From NCBI GenBank assembly GCA_963662285.2, contig CAXXMV010000006.1:832001-896000 (forward strand): DNA of 64,000 nucleotides, read 5' to 3'. A program made the translations under genes and the position numbers. Below, in pieces: positions 12,181 to 21,537 of this stretch (positions are counted from its first letter, which is position 1; every line of letters begins with the position of its first letter). The DNA is from a bacterium. GTDB taxonomy: Bacteria; Hinthialibacterota; Hinthialibacteria; Hinthialibacterales; Hinthialibacteraceae. Below the pieces are notes generated by a model. It had not been told where the DNA came from and searched no databases. It saw only the letters and a list, made by a program, of their open reading frames with translations.

Positions 12181-12290
12181 AAAAAAAATGCGGAGTCATA
12201 AGCTGGGCAGCCAGACTCCGCTTGAGCAGAATAATGGGAGGTAGGTATAGGGAGGGTAGTCCCTATTGTATTTTATGTTCTTTCTTATCT
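12181..12290 (-). ncRNA. Candidate small RNA with C-rich anti-SD motifs
   Basis: Hairpin ATAGGGA-CTACCC-TCCCTAT, single-stranded ACCTACCTCCC, terminator GCGGAGTC/GACTCCGC + T8; no ORF; 5' end approximate. Confidence 0.55.
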
Positions 12291-12505
12291 ATACTATGCG
12301 TTCATCACAGGAAAAGTTATCTGGTACTAATATCATGTGGTCGTACTAAATAAACGAATTAAATCCTTATTGTGTAACGTACGCATTTTATAGTTTTTAC
12401 TTTTTGATTTATCCCTCGCTTTAATACAGGTTCTCTTATTTCATTCAAGTTATCTATCGTAAAAAAATAAATCTAAACTAATTTATATTATCATTCTACT
12501 ATATA

Positions 12506-12532
12506 TACGAATGCTAGAGCCAATTTGTTTCA
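12506..12532 (-). promoter_or_regulatory. ECF-sigma-like promoter
   Basis: TGAAAC-N17-CGTA on minus strand. Confidence 0.5.
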
Positions 12533-12612
12533 TTTTTTGTTAATTATTTTATCCCTCATTGGATGTTCTGAATAATTAGCAACAAGCACCAAATTTTAGA
12601 TTCATTATATAA

Positions 12613-12638
12613 GACGATTAGAAGAAGGATTTTGTTCA
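12613..12638 (-). promoter_or_regulatory. ECF-sigma-like promoter
   Basis: TGAAC-N17-CGTC on minus strand. Confidence 0.5.
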
Positions 12639-12668
12639 AAAAAATTCAACAATTCATAAAAATTTTTT

Positions 12669-12780
12669 TTCTATCAACTGTTAAAAACTCAAAAAGTAAA
12701 TTCTATCAAATGTTAACAACTCAAAAAGTAAATTCTATCAACTGTTAACAACTCAAAATATAAATTCTATCAACTGTTAA
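12669..12780. repeat. 32-bp tandem repeat, 3.5 copies
   Basis: Unit TTCTATCAACTGTTAACAACTCAAAAAGTAAA starting at 12669, 12701, 12733, 12765. Confidence 0.92.
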
Positions 12781-12791
12781 GATGATCATGA

Positions 12792-14039
12792 TTAAACGCG
12801 CTCAAGTTGTGTATTATCAGTAGTTTTGTTGCGTCGCAAAATGGAGAATCGGCTGAGGGGATTATCGCCTTCAATAGTAATATGGACGCTGGTTCCCGGA
12901 TGCGCTTTTTTGACGTAATGGTTCTGTTTATCCAGGATCGAACCGATGGTAACAAAACCGCCCTTGGATTGCGGTCCGATCCATTCCAGTTTTTCTCCCA
13001 CATCAAACGGATGCTTGACTTGCACTAAAGTCGAATCGTCATTGATCGATTCAATAATACCTACGTAATCCTTAGTACCAATATCTACATAAGAGGCTTG
13101 TAATGCTGCAGGATTCTCGGTGGGATACCCGAACGCGAAACCGGTGGCGTAGGGGTGGTGGCGCACAGAATTTACGTCATCAAGCCAATCCTGCTTCAGC
13201 GTGTAGTTGTCAGGGTCTGCGGCGTAGGCGTCCAGAGCGGCGCGGTAGGATCGTGTTATGGAGGCGATGTAATATTCGCTTTTCATCCGTCCTTCGACTT
13301 TGAGCGAAGCTACCCCGCTTTGCACCAGGGCGGGGATATGTTCCAACAAACACAGGTCGGTTGAACTGAAAATGATGGTCTTGTTATCCGCTTCAACTAC
13401 CGGATACGATTCGCCGGGACGTTTCGCCTCTTTAACTTCCCATTGCCAATGACATGAGTGTTTACACTGGCCTTTTGAAGCGTTAAAGCCAGTCATATAA
13501 GCCGACAGCAGGCAACGGCCTGATACTGCCACGCACATGGCGCCATGCACGAAAATCTCCACCGGTAATGTATCCTGTTCCGTTATCTGTCTGGTCTCAG
13601 CCAAAGAGCATTCACGGGCCAGGATAATCCGTTGAGCGCCTGCATCTTTCCAGAACTGCGCTGCCAGCGCGTTGGCCGTGCTCATCTGGGTTGAGATATG
13701 GATTTCCACATCAGGGCGCAGCTGCCTGGTCAGCATAAATGTAGCCGGATCAGCCACGATCAAAGCGTCGAATGCAATATCCCTGGTCTCCTCCAGCCAT
13801 TGCTTTAGCGCAGGCAGTTCGCTTTGCATTATCAGCGAGTTAACTCCAACATACAGCCGCTTGCCATATTGATGGGTAAGCGCAACGCTACTGCGCAGTT
13901 GATCTATAGAGAACGAAGCGCCATCAGGACGCATCGAAAAACCCGCCGCTCCGACATAGACCGCATCCGCCCCGTATTCCAAAGCCACATGCAGTTTTTG
14001 TTCAGTTCCGGCGGGAATTAAAAGTTCCGGGATAATCAT
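12792..14039 (-). CDS. U32 family protein (TrhP/YegQ-like tRNA hydroxylation)
   Basis: PELLIPAG, GADAVYVG, HGAMCVAVSGRCLLS...CKHSC Fe-S Cys motif, SLKVEGRMKS. Confidence 0.9.
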   Translation of the reverse strand: MIIPELLIPAGTEQKLHVALEYGADAVYVGAAGFSMRPDGASFSIDQLRSSVALTHQYGKRLYVGVNSLIMQSELPALKQWLEETRDIAFDALIVADPATFMLTRQLRPDVEIHISTQMSTANALAAQFWKDAGAQRIILARECSLAETRQITEQDTLPVEIFVHGAMCVAVSGRCLLSAYMTGFNASKGQCKHSCHWQWEVKEAKRPGESYPVVEADNKTIIFSSTDLCLLEHIPALVQSGVASLKVEGRMKSEYYIASITRSYRAALDAYAADPDNYTLKQDWLDDVNSVRHHPYATGFAFGYPTENPAALQASYVDIGTKDYVGIIESINDDSTLVQVKHPFDVGEKLEWIGPQSKGGFVTIGSILDKQNHYVKKAHPGTSVHITIEGDNPLSRFSILRRNKTTDNTQLERV

Positions 14040-14120
14040 CAAAATTCTTCTTTATTATGAATTTACATACATTAAAGAGTTAATCTTATATCAAACAAAA
14101 AGCAAGTATTCCGAACCATG

Positions 14121-14146
14121 TAGGGGCGCACCTTCGCGGTCGCCCG
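14121..14146 (+). repeat. Single GTAG REP-like hairpin
   Basis: GTAG-GGGCG...CGCCC. Confidence 0.5.
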
Positions 14147-14210
14147 GTTATACAATAATCCCCAATCAAAAAAATCCAGATTCAGACAAAAAATGCTCAA
14201 ATGTTCATCT

Positions 14211-14226
14211 TGGCACAAAACTTGCA
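14211..14226 (+). promoter_or_regulatory. sigma54 (-24/-12) promoter
   Basis: TGGCAC-N5-TTGCA, 36 bp upstream of ATG 14263. Confidence 0.75.
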
Positions 14227-14262
14227 CAAAGACGTTCCAAACCAATTTTTAGGAGGAAAATC

Positions 14263-14640
14263 ATGAACGTCGCCGTTGCCAATCAATTTGAACAAGAGGT
14301 TTCATCGGTGTTTGAACATTGCATAAGCAGGATCGCTGCTGAACTTAAGAAAAACTTTGATCCCAACAAAAAGAACTTGATCGCTCTGTTCCGTTTATTC
14401 TGTTCTTCAGTGAAGACCAGGAACTCATGGATCAGCAGCATCAACAAATCCAAGCATAATAATTACCAAAGCCAACCGCCAATCAATAAAACCAATGGGA
14501 AAACCAAGAGCGTACAACAAGAAAATCCCACGCCTCTCGATAAAATTCTCTCTTTTGCAATACCCAAAAAGAAAGGCGCCGAATATCAGCATCCCATAAA
14601 ACCAGAGCACATGAAGAGCGGATTGCTTATGAAAAGATAA
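14263..14640 (+). CDS. Hypothetical protein
   Basis: AGGAGG RBS and sigma54 promoter upstream; no family recognised. Confidence 0.7.
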   Translation: MNVAVANQFEQEVSSVFEHCISRIAAELKKNFDPNKKNLIALFRLFCSSVKTRNSWISSINKSKHNNYQSQPPINKTNGKTKSVQQENPTPLDKILSFAIPKKKGAEYQHPIKPEHMKSGLLMKR

Positions 14641-14804
14641 AATCCGGTTTTAAACTCATCATTACGCTGTTCAGTTCGCAATAATATTTCTGCGTCTATT
14701 GCGAATACGGAAATTATTTATTCATTTTTAAGTACTCTTTTTCTACGATATAATATTGGTGTAGCAATGTGTCTCTTCATACTTCTATAATTAGGAGGAG
14801 AAAA

Positions 14805-15434
14805 ATGAATGCCGCTGGTAGTGTCTCTGGTAATATTGTGAAACCGCAAGTAAAAGTTGATCCTGAGTTGGAGAAGAAAGAAATTCGCAAGGCGCTATGT
14901 ATCGCCGGAGTGATATTAATCCCCATTTTGGGTACGCAATTAGGCATTTGGAGCGAACGGCTTAGTGGAAAGATGAATTTCGGATGGCTGTCTCTGATCG
15001 ATGAATTCTTCTCTCTTCTGGCGCTCTATCTGGTTCAGTACATTTACTATGGATTGTCAACCTTGATTTCCTATGGTCAAATTTTCATTCTACCCACTCT
15101 GCTGCTGGGATTGTTTTTTTATCTGATTCTATTTGGAAAATGGAAATGGCTGGCGCCCATACTTATCAGTATGCTGTTGATCAGTCTGCTTATCACGCCA
15201 TTTTTGAAAAACAATCGCGACAGATTTATCGCCAGTTACCAGAAAGTTGAAGCCTATATCGGGCAATCAGTTTCCAAAGATCAATTCCTGCTCGAATGCG
15301 GAGAACCGGCCTTTTACAAACCGGTAGGACAAGCCAGTCATTGGGCTTACACCAACGGCCAATTCATAATCCCCGTCCGATTCGATGGTGACGTCGCCAT
15401 CATCTCGGATAATGTATACCATTTGTTTGATTGA
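14805..15434 (+). CDS. Hypothetical membrane protein
   Basis: AGGAGG RBS before ATG 14805; ~4 TM segments plus small C-terminal domain. Confidence 0.7.
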   Translation: MNAAGSVSGNIVKPQVKVDPELEKKEIRKALCIAGVILIPILGTQLGIWSERLSGKMNFGWLSLIDEFFSLLALYLVQYIYYGLSTLISYGQIFILPTLLLGLFFYLILFGKWKWLAPILISMLLISLLITPFLKNNRDRFIASYQKVEAYIGQSVSKDQFLLECGEPAFYKPVGQASHWAYTNGQFIIPVRFDGDVAIISDNVYHLFD

Positions 15435-15531
15435 AAAACTTATTGAAATTACTCTCATTCACCTAATGATCTATGTAAATTATTAGTAGAGCGATTATCA
15501 AAATTATATTCGTTAATAATCACGTTTAGTC

Positions 15532-15564
15532 TTCGTAGAAGCCAATCTTTTCTGGCTTCTACGA
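15532..15564. terminator. Inverted repeat / possible terminator
   Basis: TTCGTAGAAGCCA...TGGCTTCTACGAA. Confidence 0.5.
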
Positions 15565-15749
15565 ATCGACAATCAGAACGTTATTATGAAATCTACTCTA
15601 GAAGCATGGTCATTTCAAAATATCTCGTTGACAAGAGCAAGCCATTATGAGAAACTCGGTTAATCAAATATAGACTCTAATTTTACCTTGGATCATCCAG
15701 GATAAAGATTCATAGATCAATTTCCACATCACATCATGAGGAGGGAATT

Positions 15750-16871
15750 ATGCGTAATCTTTATATCATTGCATTAACCACACTGTTTGTGCTTCCACTT
15801 TTCGCGCAGCAGGAAACCGGTGAAATAGTTCAAGAAATTATTTTTGATGACTATGAACCGGCTGGTTTTTCTATTCAGGGCAACATTACAGTCGATATGG
15901 ATATTTGGGATGAGCTCGGTTATGATGGTACGCCCGGTTGGGAATTATATATCGAAGGCGGCTCAACCAGTCCATTTGATTCGCAAATTTTCCGTAATTT
16001 AACTTATGACAGCACCGGGCAAACAATCTGGCGCTTGCAATACAGGATTTGGGCGAATTCTTCTCCCTTTCAGATTACTTCTTCATTGCGTTCTGTGGAC
16101 AGCCCCTATTTAGGCATTTATCACCATTTCCTCATTCCTGAAGGATTCGAGCAGCAATGGATACTGGTGGACTATGCTTTCGGACCCGCGAGTTTCTATG
16201 AAGCCTCACGCGTCAGTCTGCAATTCAGACTGGGTAACCAGCAGGAACAGACGCTGCATTTTGATGATATCCGTTTATTCAACAGCAACGTTTTGGCCAG
16301 TTCTTCCGGCTTCAATATTACACAGGATAAAGAACAGAACTTCTTTGATGGATATATCGATCCTGGAAACGATGAAATTCCCTACAACAATTCTTTTGAA
16401 TTGCCCGTAAGCAATGTAATCACCAAGGGCGTTTCAACTGAGCGTATTAAGGAAACAGAGGCGCCGGATGGAGTCCAGTTCCTACGAGCATCAATTACAA
16501 ATGCAGGTAGCACTCTTTCTGATTCTTCGATTGGATTGATTTGTCAGAATGACAGCAGCTACACCGGCGCCTATCGCCTCAATGTCAGCCTGCGCAGCAA
16601 TGCAGCGCCGCTGGAAATCAAAGGCGGGCTGGCTGGCGCCGTCGATTTATCCACTTCCAAACGTTCTGCGCCTGAGACTGTTGTTCTCAATGATCAAGAT
16701 TCCTGGCAGCGCGTCTCTTTTCTGATTCCCGCTGGTGATTTCACTGGCGAACACATCTATCCTTTCCTCGAATTTGGAGGCCAGGGTGAGGCTATAGTTG
16801 ATGTTGACCGGGTATTCATTATGAGAACGGATGAAGAAGTTACATCAGTACCAGGATGGGAAATGTTTTAG
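15750..16871 (+). CDS. Secreted protein with two carbohydrate-binding-like (CBM4/9-type) beta-sandwich domains
   Basis: Sec signal ending LFA; paired domain ends LHFDDIRL and VDVDRVFI; ends TSVPGWEMF. Confidence 0.6.
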   Translation: MRNLYIIALTTLFVLPLFAQQETGEIVQEIIFDDYEPAGFSIQGNITVDMDIWDELGYDGTPGWELYIEGGSTSPFDSQIFRNLTYDSTGQTIWRLQYRIWANSSPFQITSSLRSVDSPYLGIYHHFLIPEGFEQQWILVDYAFGPASFYEASRVSLQFRLGNQQEQTLHFDDIRLFNSNVLASSSGFNITQDKEQNFFDGYIDPGNDEIPYNNSFELPVSNVITKGVSTERIKETEAPDGVQFLRASITNAGSTLSDSSIGLICQNDSSYTGAYRLNVSLRSNAAPLEIKGGLAGAVDLSTSKRSAPETVVLNDQDSWQRVSFLIPAGDFTGEHIYPFLEFGGQGEAIVDVDRVFIMRTDEEVTSVPGWEMF

Positions 16872-17047
16872 ACATGATCAGTTGCCCAAAAAACTGTAAT
16901 ATATAAATTGAAACCAATCACCCGTGATAAAGATAATGTCATTAAGTTAACCGTGTCGTCCCCTTTCCCTCCGGTCTACTCTCCGTACACAAATCAAAAG
17001 AGGATAATGAAACGGGGAGCATCATAGAATGGGGAGTATTATAGAAT

Positions 17048-17297
17048 GGGGAGCATCGGCTTCTAGCCGGTATGCCAAATAGAATATAAAGAGCCACATT
17101 ACGCATAATCATTTCCATAGAGATAGGGGGATGAAAAAGGAATAACTGATTTGTGTTGTGATGCCGGATCACTTGCACATACTTCTTACGCTATTCGAAA
17201 TTCCAAACCTTGGATATCATTCGATCACAACAATACTTCATATTTGTATGAAGAGAACCGACGGGATTGGTGTACCGGCTAGAAGCCGATGCTCCCC
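17048..17297 (+). mobile_element. Degenerate REP-associated tyrosine transposase (RAYT) remnant between perfect 25-bp inverted repeats
   Basis: GGGGAGCATCGGCTTCTAGCCGGTA (17048-17072) and its exact reverse complement (17273-17297); inside, after a stop, LICVVMPDHLHILLT...HSITTILH. Confidence 0.7.
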
Positions 17298-17458
17298 TGT
17301 TTTATGCTCCCCTTTTTGATGCTCTCTGGTTATTGATAGAGTGTTTTTTTCAGTTTATCAGAGGTAGGTGTATTGCCACTACTTCCATTTCACAACAATG
17401 TGTACGGAGAGTAGCCCCACGGGAGAGGGTTAGGTTGAGCGGGATGACAAACAACTAA

Positions 17459-17497
17459 ATAGTCCAAAGTCTCTTTTCATGGAAACTTTGGACTATT
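17459..17497. terminator. Hairpin downstream of FucI-like gene
   Basis: ATAGTCCAAAGT...ACTTTGGACTAT. Confidence 0.55.
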
Positions 17498-17518
17498 AAT
17501 TGTTGATCAAAACAATGC

Positions 17519-19132
17519 TTACGCTTCGGTTACGTTATCCCATTCTATGCCCAGTTTTCGAGCGGCGAAGCCGAACTCTTTGAGATAATCGCCATAGCAC
17601 ATCATCCAATGCGAGTCGCGTACTTCATGCAGCAACTTCTGCCACTTGCCTTCGATCTTGACATCCTGCTGTGAGCGGCAGATTTCATAGAACGGATTAT
17701 CTTCTACTGCGCCTCTGAATCCCAGCCAACGACCACGGGTGTATTCGGGATCGATGAAGGTCAACTGCTGTCCGACGGGAATCTCTACCTTAGGCGCTGA
17801 ACCGTAGTCGGATTCTTCATGAGTCATTACGATGGTCGGTTCGTAGCGGTCGCCATTCATCCTGCGGGGAGCGGAGCAGTGAGCGCAGGTCACGATACCT
17901 TTATGGGGGAAGGTGGAGTTATGCATAAAGATCGGCGTACCGGTGATGTGCCGCATCAACACTCCCGCTGGCATAACCACGAAATCCGACTCGCAAAAGG
18001 CAATCAAACCTTCGTCATTGAGTAGACCAAGCGTCAGGCAGGCGGTGGTTTTGGACATGGGAATAACCACATCCATACAGCTTTTGATAGTCATAGCTGG
18101 CGCGCCGTTTTCGATCATCAGCTCTTTGAATAGTTCGTAGAGCATAAAGCCGTTTACCACAAAAGATTCATCAGTCTGCAAAGTGGTTTGGGGCAGGGAG
18201 AGATAGCGCTTGGTCCACTTACGGGCGCGGTCCATACGTTTTACATCGTTCAATGCACTGGTGATCCGTGGTTCGAGTTGATCGTAGGTAACCTCGACCA
18301 GATCCATTTTGAATTTATCGCGTGCGATTTGAGGAGCGTCGCCAGCGTATTTTCCCCAGACGCCGCCTATGGCCATCATCTTTGAACCAACCAGATTATG
18401 GACGCCATATAGCGCCCGCAAACGCCATTTCAGTTCATCCATATCGTCAACTACTACATCATCGACGTGCATGTTTTTCAATCTTGGCGGATCGCCCTGA
18501 CGGAATTCTTCGCGGTCGGTTTTGAGGTAGGCGACGCTCAATGATTCATACCAGTAATAAACCGGGCCGGATTTATGTCGCACGAAGATCAGAGTATTTT
18601 TATCTTCTGAAACGCAGGCTTGCAGAGTGCTGCCTGAACCTGACGCCGGATAGACGATGAATATATCAGCGTCTGCTTTATGAGCGCGTTGGGCGTCTTC
18701 AACTGTTTTAACTTTAACAGGCTTCAAACATTCGATGGGGAACTCGGTTTGCTTGGCCAAATCTTGCAACTCATTATCAATGCGCTGCACTTCCTCATTA
18801 GCGGACTGGTCAGTCAAGACGCCGCCCCATGAGCGCCAGGAGCGTTGCTTTCTGGGAGTGGCGACGGTATACATCAGTATAGGTTGAATGCGCAGCGGCT
18901 TGCCCCATTGCACAAAATCTTGATTCGGATCCCACCCATCCAAAGCCCATGCAGGTCTTTCGGTTTTCAATCTTGATTGACTCCAGGCCTTACCTGAAGC
19001 CAGTGTCAAGGCGGCTACAGCCGAGCCGCTTTTAAGGAATGATCTCCTGCTATGCATGCAGCAGCTTCCACTGCACATATCGTCCATGTCATCATGATGT
19101 GAATGATCGCTCATACTAATTGTCTCTCCCAT
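17519..19132 (-). CDS. Tat-exported L-fucose-isomerase-like protein (B)
   Basis: SRRSFLK twin-arginine signal; TACL, CESD, AHC motifs of the FucI/AraA-like fold. Confidence 0.7.
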   Translation of the reverse strand: MGETISMSDHSHHDDMDDMCSGSCCMHSRRSFLKSGSAVAALTLASGKAWSQSRLKTERPAWALDGWDPNQDFVQWGKPLRIQPILMYTVATPRKQRSWRSWGGVLTDQSANEEVQRIDNELQDLAKQTEFPIECLKPVKVKTVEDAQRAHKADADIFIVYPASGSGSTLQACVSEDKNTLIFVRHKSGPVYYWYESLSVAYLKTDREEFRQGDPPRLKNMHVDDVVVDDMDELKWRLRALYGVHNLVGSKMMAIGGVWGKYAGDAPQIARDKFKMDLVEVTYDQLEPRITSALNDVKRMDRARKWTKRYLSLPQTTLQTDESFVVNGFMLYELFKELMIENGAPAMTIKSCMDVVIPMSKTTACLTLGLLNDEGLIAFCESDFVVMPAGVLMRHITGTPIFMHNSTFPHKGIVTCAHCSAPRRMNGDRYEPTIVMTHEESDYGSAPKVEIPVGQQLTFIDPEYTRGRWLGFRGAVEDNPFYEICRSQQDVKIEGKWQKLLHEVRDSHWMMCYGDYLKEFGFAARKLGIEWDNVTEA

Positions 19133-19201
19133 ATATATAAGGCTGAAAGTTTATCTATGATTGTTCCGAATTATTATGAAACCAATTGACATATTAGTTA
19201 T

Positions 19202-19275
19202 GTAGGGTGGGTCACGCCTTACCGACCCACCGATAATAATTGATTCAGTGGGTCAAAAAACGCGATCCACCGTAC
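19202..19275. repeat. GTAG REP-like doublet
   Basis: GTAGGGTGGGTC...GACCCACC with degenerate inverted mate. Confidence 0.6.
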
Positions 19276-19294
19276 GGGAACTTAACAGGGTAAA

Positions 19295-19323
19295 GATGAG
19301 GGGAATTTAATATTCCCCTCATC
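19295..19323. terminator. Hairpin terminator
   Basis: GATGAGGGGAAT/ATTCCCCTCATC. Confidence 0.65.
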
Positions 19324-19331
19324 AGTTTTGA

Positions 19332-20897
19332 TCAGGTCTCTTTGACTATCTTCCATCCCATGCGGTCGGCTAAATCAAAAATGGGTTCTTTAAGGTCGCC
19401 GTAGGTTGTGACGCGGTGCCAGCCCCATTGATCCCACTGGGAGAAGAGTTTTTCGATATCTCCGACAGGTTCGACAGCTAGTTTGGTGCGGCATGCCCGG
19501 TCATCAGGATCATTGGCAACGGTCTTGCCTTGATGGAAGATAATTTCTTTACGCTGTTGGTTAACTTTTATAGATGTGGTCATATAACCCAATGGAAGCA
19601 TCGAACGCACTGAAGCGCCCTGGCGGTCTTCTGAATGAGTCATAATTGAGAACGGATTGGTTTCGCCATCTGGTCCAAAAACTTTATTTGAAGCCACGCA
19701 ATGGGCGTAGATAATCTGACGTTTGGATGTATCGATAACCGGATCGGAGATGTAACCTGGGCGTCCCTGAGTCAACGCGGTTACTGCTACCATTGATGCG
19801 GTAGAAGATGTATCGCATTCACAGGCGCCGATCAGGCCTTCGTTATTCAGTTCGTGGAATCCCAGGCAGGGATAGGCGTGGATGTGTCCACCGTAGAATC
19901 CTCCCAGGCAGTTGATGGTGATGGCGTTGGCGTTATGTTTTTTGAGAACTTCTTTCATGCCCAGATACATGGCGGCGGAGGTCAGGAGCGTCTCTTTGGA
20001 TACATCAATGACGTCTGTGGCGTTTCTGAACCATTCTTCTGCAACCTCATGGCTTTTATCTTTATCGGCTTTCTCCCAGGCTTCATTTACTTCGGCGAAA
20101 GTAATAAATTCCATGGGGATGCCGAAGATATCTTCAGCGGGTTTAGCATTCTGATCGAGAACCGCCAGAATCCTTGATTCTTTCAAGCGCTTTACGCATT
20201 GTTCTGTAGAAAGAAGCGACAGGGGGTCATCTATACAACTGAGGTCGCCGCATTTGGGGGTATGAGCCATCCGCACTTGCTTGGTGGCTGCCGCGAAATC
20301 AGCGGGTGATCCGCCTCGTTTAACTACTTCAAAGCATTTAACCGCGTTGACCAAGTCCTCAAATTTGGATGAGGCCACGAAACCCAGGTTGGGCGTCTTG
20401 TCACGCAGGAAACGCGCGGTGTAAACCAGGAATCCGCCGCTGCCGCCATATTGGAAGTCGGCGTAGAGAGTCGGTTTGTTAGAGGTTGCGATGGTTTGAA
20501 CTACCCGGTTCCAGCAGTTCAATTGGTAGACCAGGTAACCGTCAATGTTCTCTGAACTATCTTTGGCCAGGATCGCTTTGGCTTCTTCTTCGCCTTTGGC
20601 CATAGAGGTGACAAACTCGAAACCGGGGAATTGTTCGGCTAGTTGTTTATTTGTTTTTTCCATGAAAGGCTTAAAATCGAAACCAACGTTAGGCCAGTCC
20701 GGTCCGGGTTGAACCTCAGCATGTAGTGAATAGATGATGCGGATTTTAACTTTGGATTTGTTCTGTTCCGCATTTAGCTGGCTGGGATTTGCCAGGATTC
20801 CTGCTGCTCCAGCTCCGGCGATGCATCCGGTTCTAAGAAAATTACGGCGGTTCATTGGGCATTTAGCGCAATTCAATTGCGTCTTCTGAAAGTTCAT
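19332..20897 (-). CDS. Tat-exported L-fucose-isomerase-like protein (A)
   Basis: NRRNFLR signal; YPCLG, CECD, ISDP, YAHC, CRTK, HRV motifs. Confidence 0.72.
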   Translation of the reverse strand: MNFQKTQLNCAKCPMNRRNFLRTGCIAGAGAAGILANPSQLNAEQNKSKVKIRIIYSLHAEVQPGPDWPNVGFDFKPFMEKTNKQLAEQFPGFEFVTSMAKGEEEAKAILAKDSSENIDGYLVYQLNCWNRVVQTIATSNKPTLYADFQYGGSGGFLVYTARFLRDKTPNLGFVASSKFEDLVNAVKCFEVVKRGGSPADFAAATKQVRMAHTPKCGDLSCIDDPLSLLSTEQCVKRLKESRILAVLDQNAKPAEDIFGIPMEFITFAEVNEAWEKADKDKSHEVAEEWFRNATDVIDVSKETLLTSAAMYLGMKEVLKKHNANAITINCLGGFYGGHIHAYPCLGFHELNNEGLIGACECDTSSTASMVAVTALTQGRPGYISDPVIDTSKRQIIYAHCVASNKVFGPDGETNPFSIMTHSEDRQGASVRSMLPLGYMTTSIKVNQQRKEIIFHQGKTVANDPDDRACRTKLAVEPVGDIEKLFSQWDQWGWHRVTTYGDLKEPIFDLADRMGWKIVKET

Positions 20898-21061
20898 TTT
20901 TTTTCTCCCGCATTAATAAAATCCATCTATTGATATCATGCGACTCAATATATCTATTAGGTCATATATATCGCATGTTGTCAATCGGATAAAGAGATAA
21001 TTTTATATCAGGATGGCTACAGGAGAAAATGGCTTCTTTGAGTAAACAAACGGAGCATTTG

Positions 21062-21385
21062 TCAGGATTTGCGGGAAAGTAAACGATCCCGGATGCCATG
21101 AGGGTCAAAACGCGATTCATTTTGTCGTCGAATTTCTTTAGACTTTTGACGCCTGTCGTTAAGGTAAGCGTTAATCTCATCTGTTTTTTGTAGGTAATAG
21201 CTAATTACATGGTATACATCCGCCAAATTCAGTGATGGATATTGTTGCACTATCTCCTCTGCTGTAGAGCCATTTCTAAAAGTATCGATAACTGTATCCA
21301 GCGTAACCCGTGTTTCTCCGACGCGGAGTACGCCATCAGCATCATAGGCTAGTGGTACGGGCAGAACCGGTATGGTTAGAGTCAT
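21062..21385 (-). CDS. DUF433 family antitoxin-like protein
   Basis: RVGETRVTLD, TAEEIVQQYPSLNLADVYHVISYYL; GAGGTG RBS. Confidence 0.88.
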   Translation of the reverse strand: MTLTIPVLPVPLAYDADGVLRVGETRVTLDTVIDTFRNGSTAEEIVQQYPSLNLADVYHVISYYLQKTDEINAYLNDRRQKSKEIRRQNESRFDPHGIRDRLLSRKS

Positions 21386-21537
21386 AATCAATCACCTCAA
21401 CTATATCTATTCTAATAGAACTTTTAATAATGGACAATACATTAATTGAGAGAGGAGAATAGAATCTCTTTGGATTGTTTTCAGGTCAAATCAATAATAA
21501 AATATGTTTTATACTGAAAGTGAGTATTTATTCATTT

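Noticed and set aside
12669-12780. CRISPR array
   Set aside because: Units abut with no unique spacers, and there are no cas genes in the window
12018-12790. Replication origin in the AT-rich gap
   Set aside because: No convincing TTATCCACA boxes (only TTATCCCTC) and no dnaA or rep gene nearby
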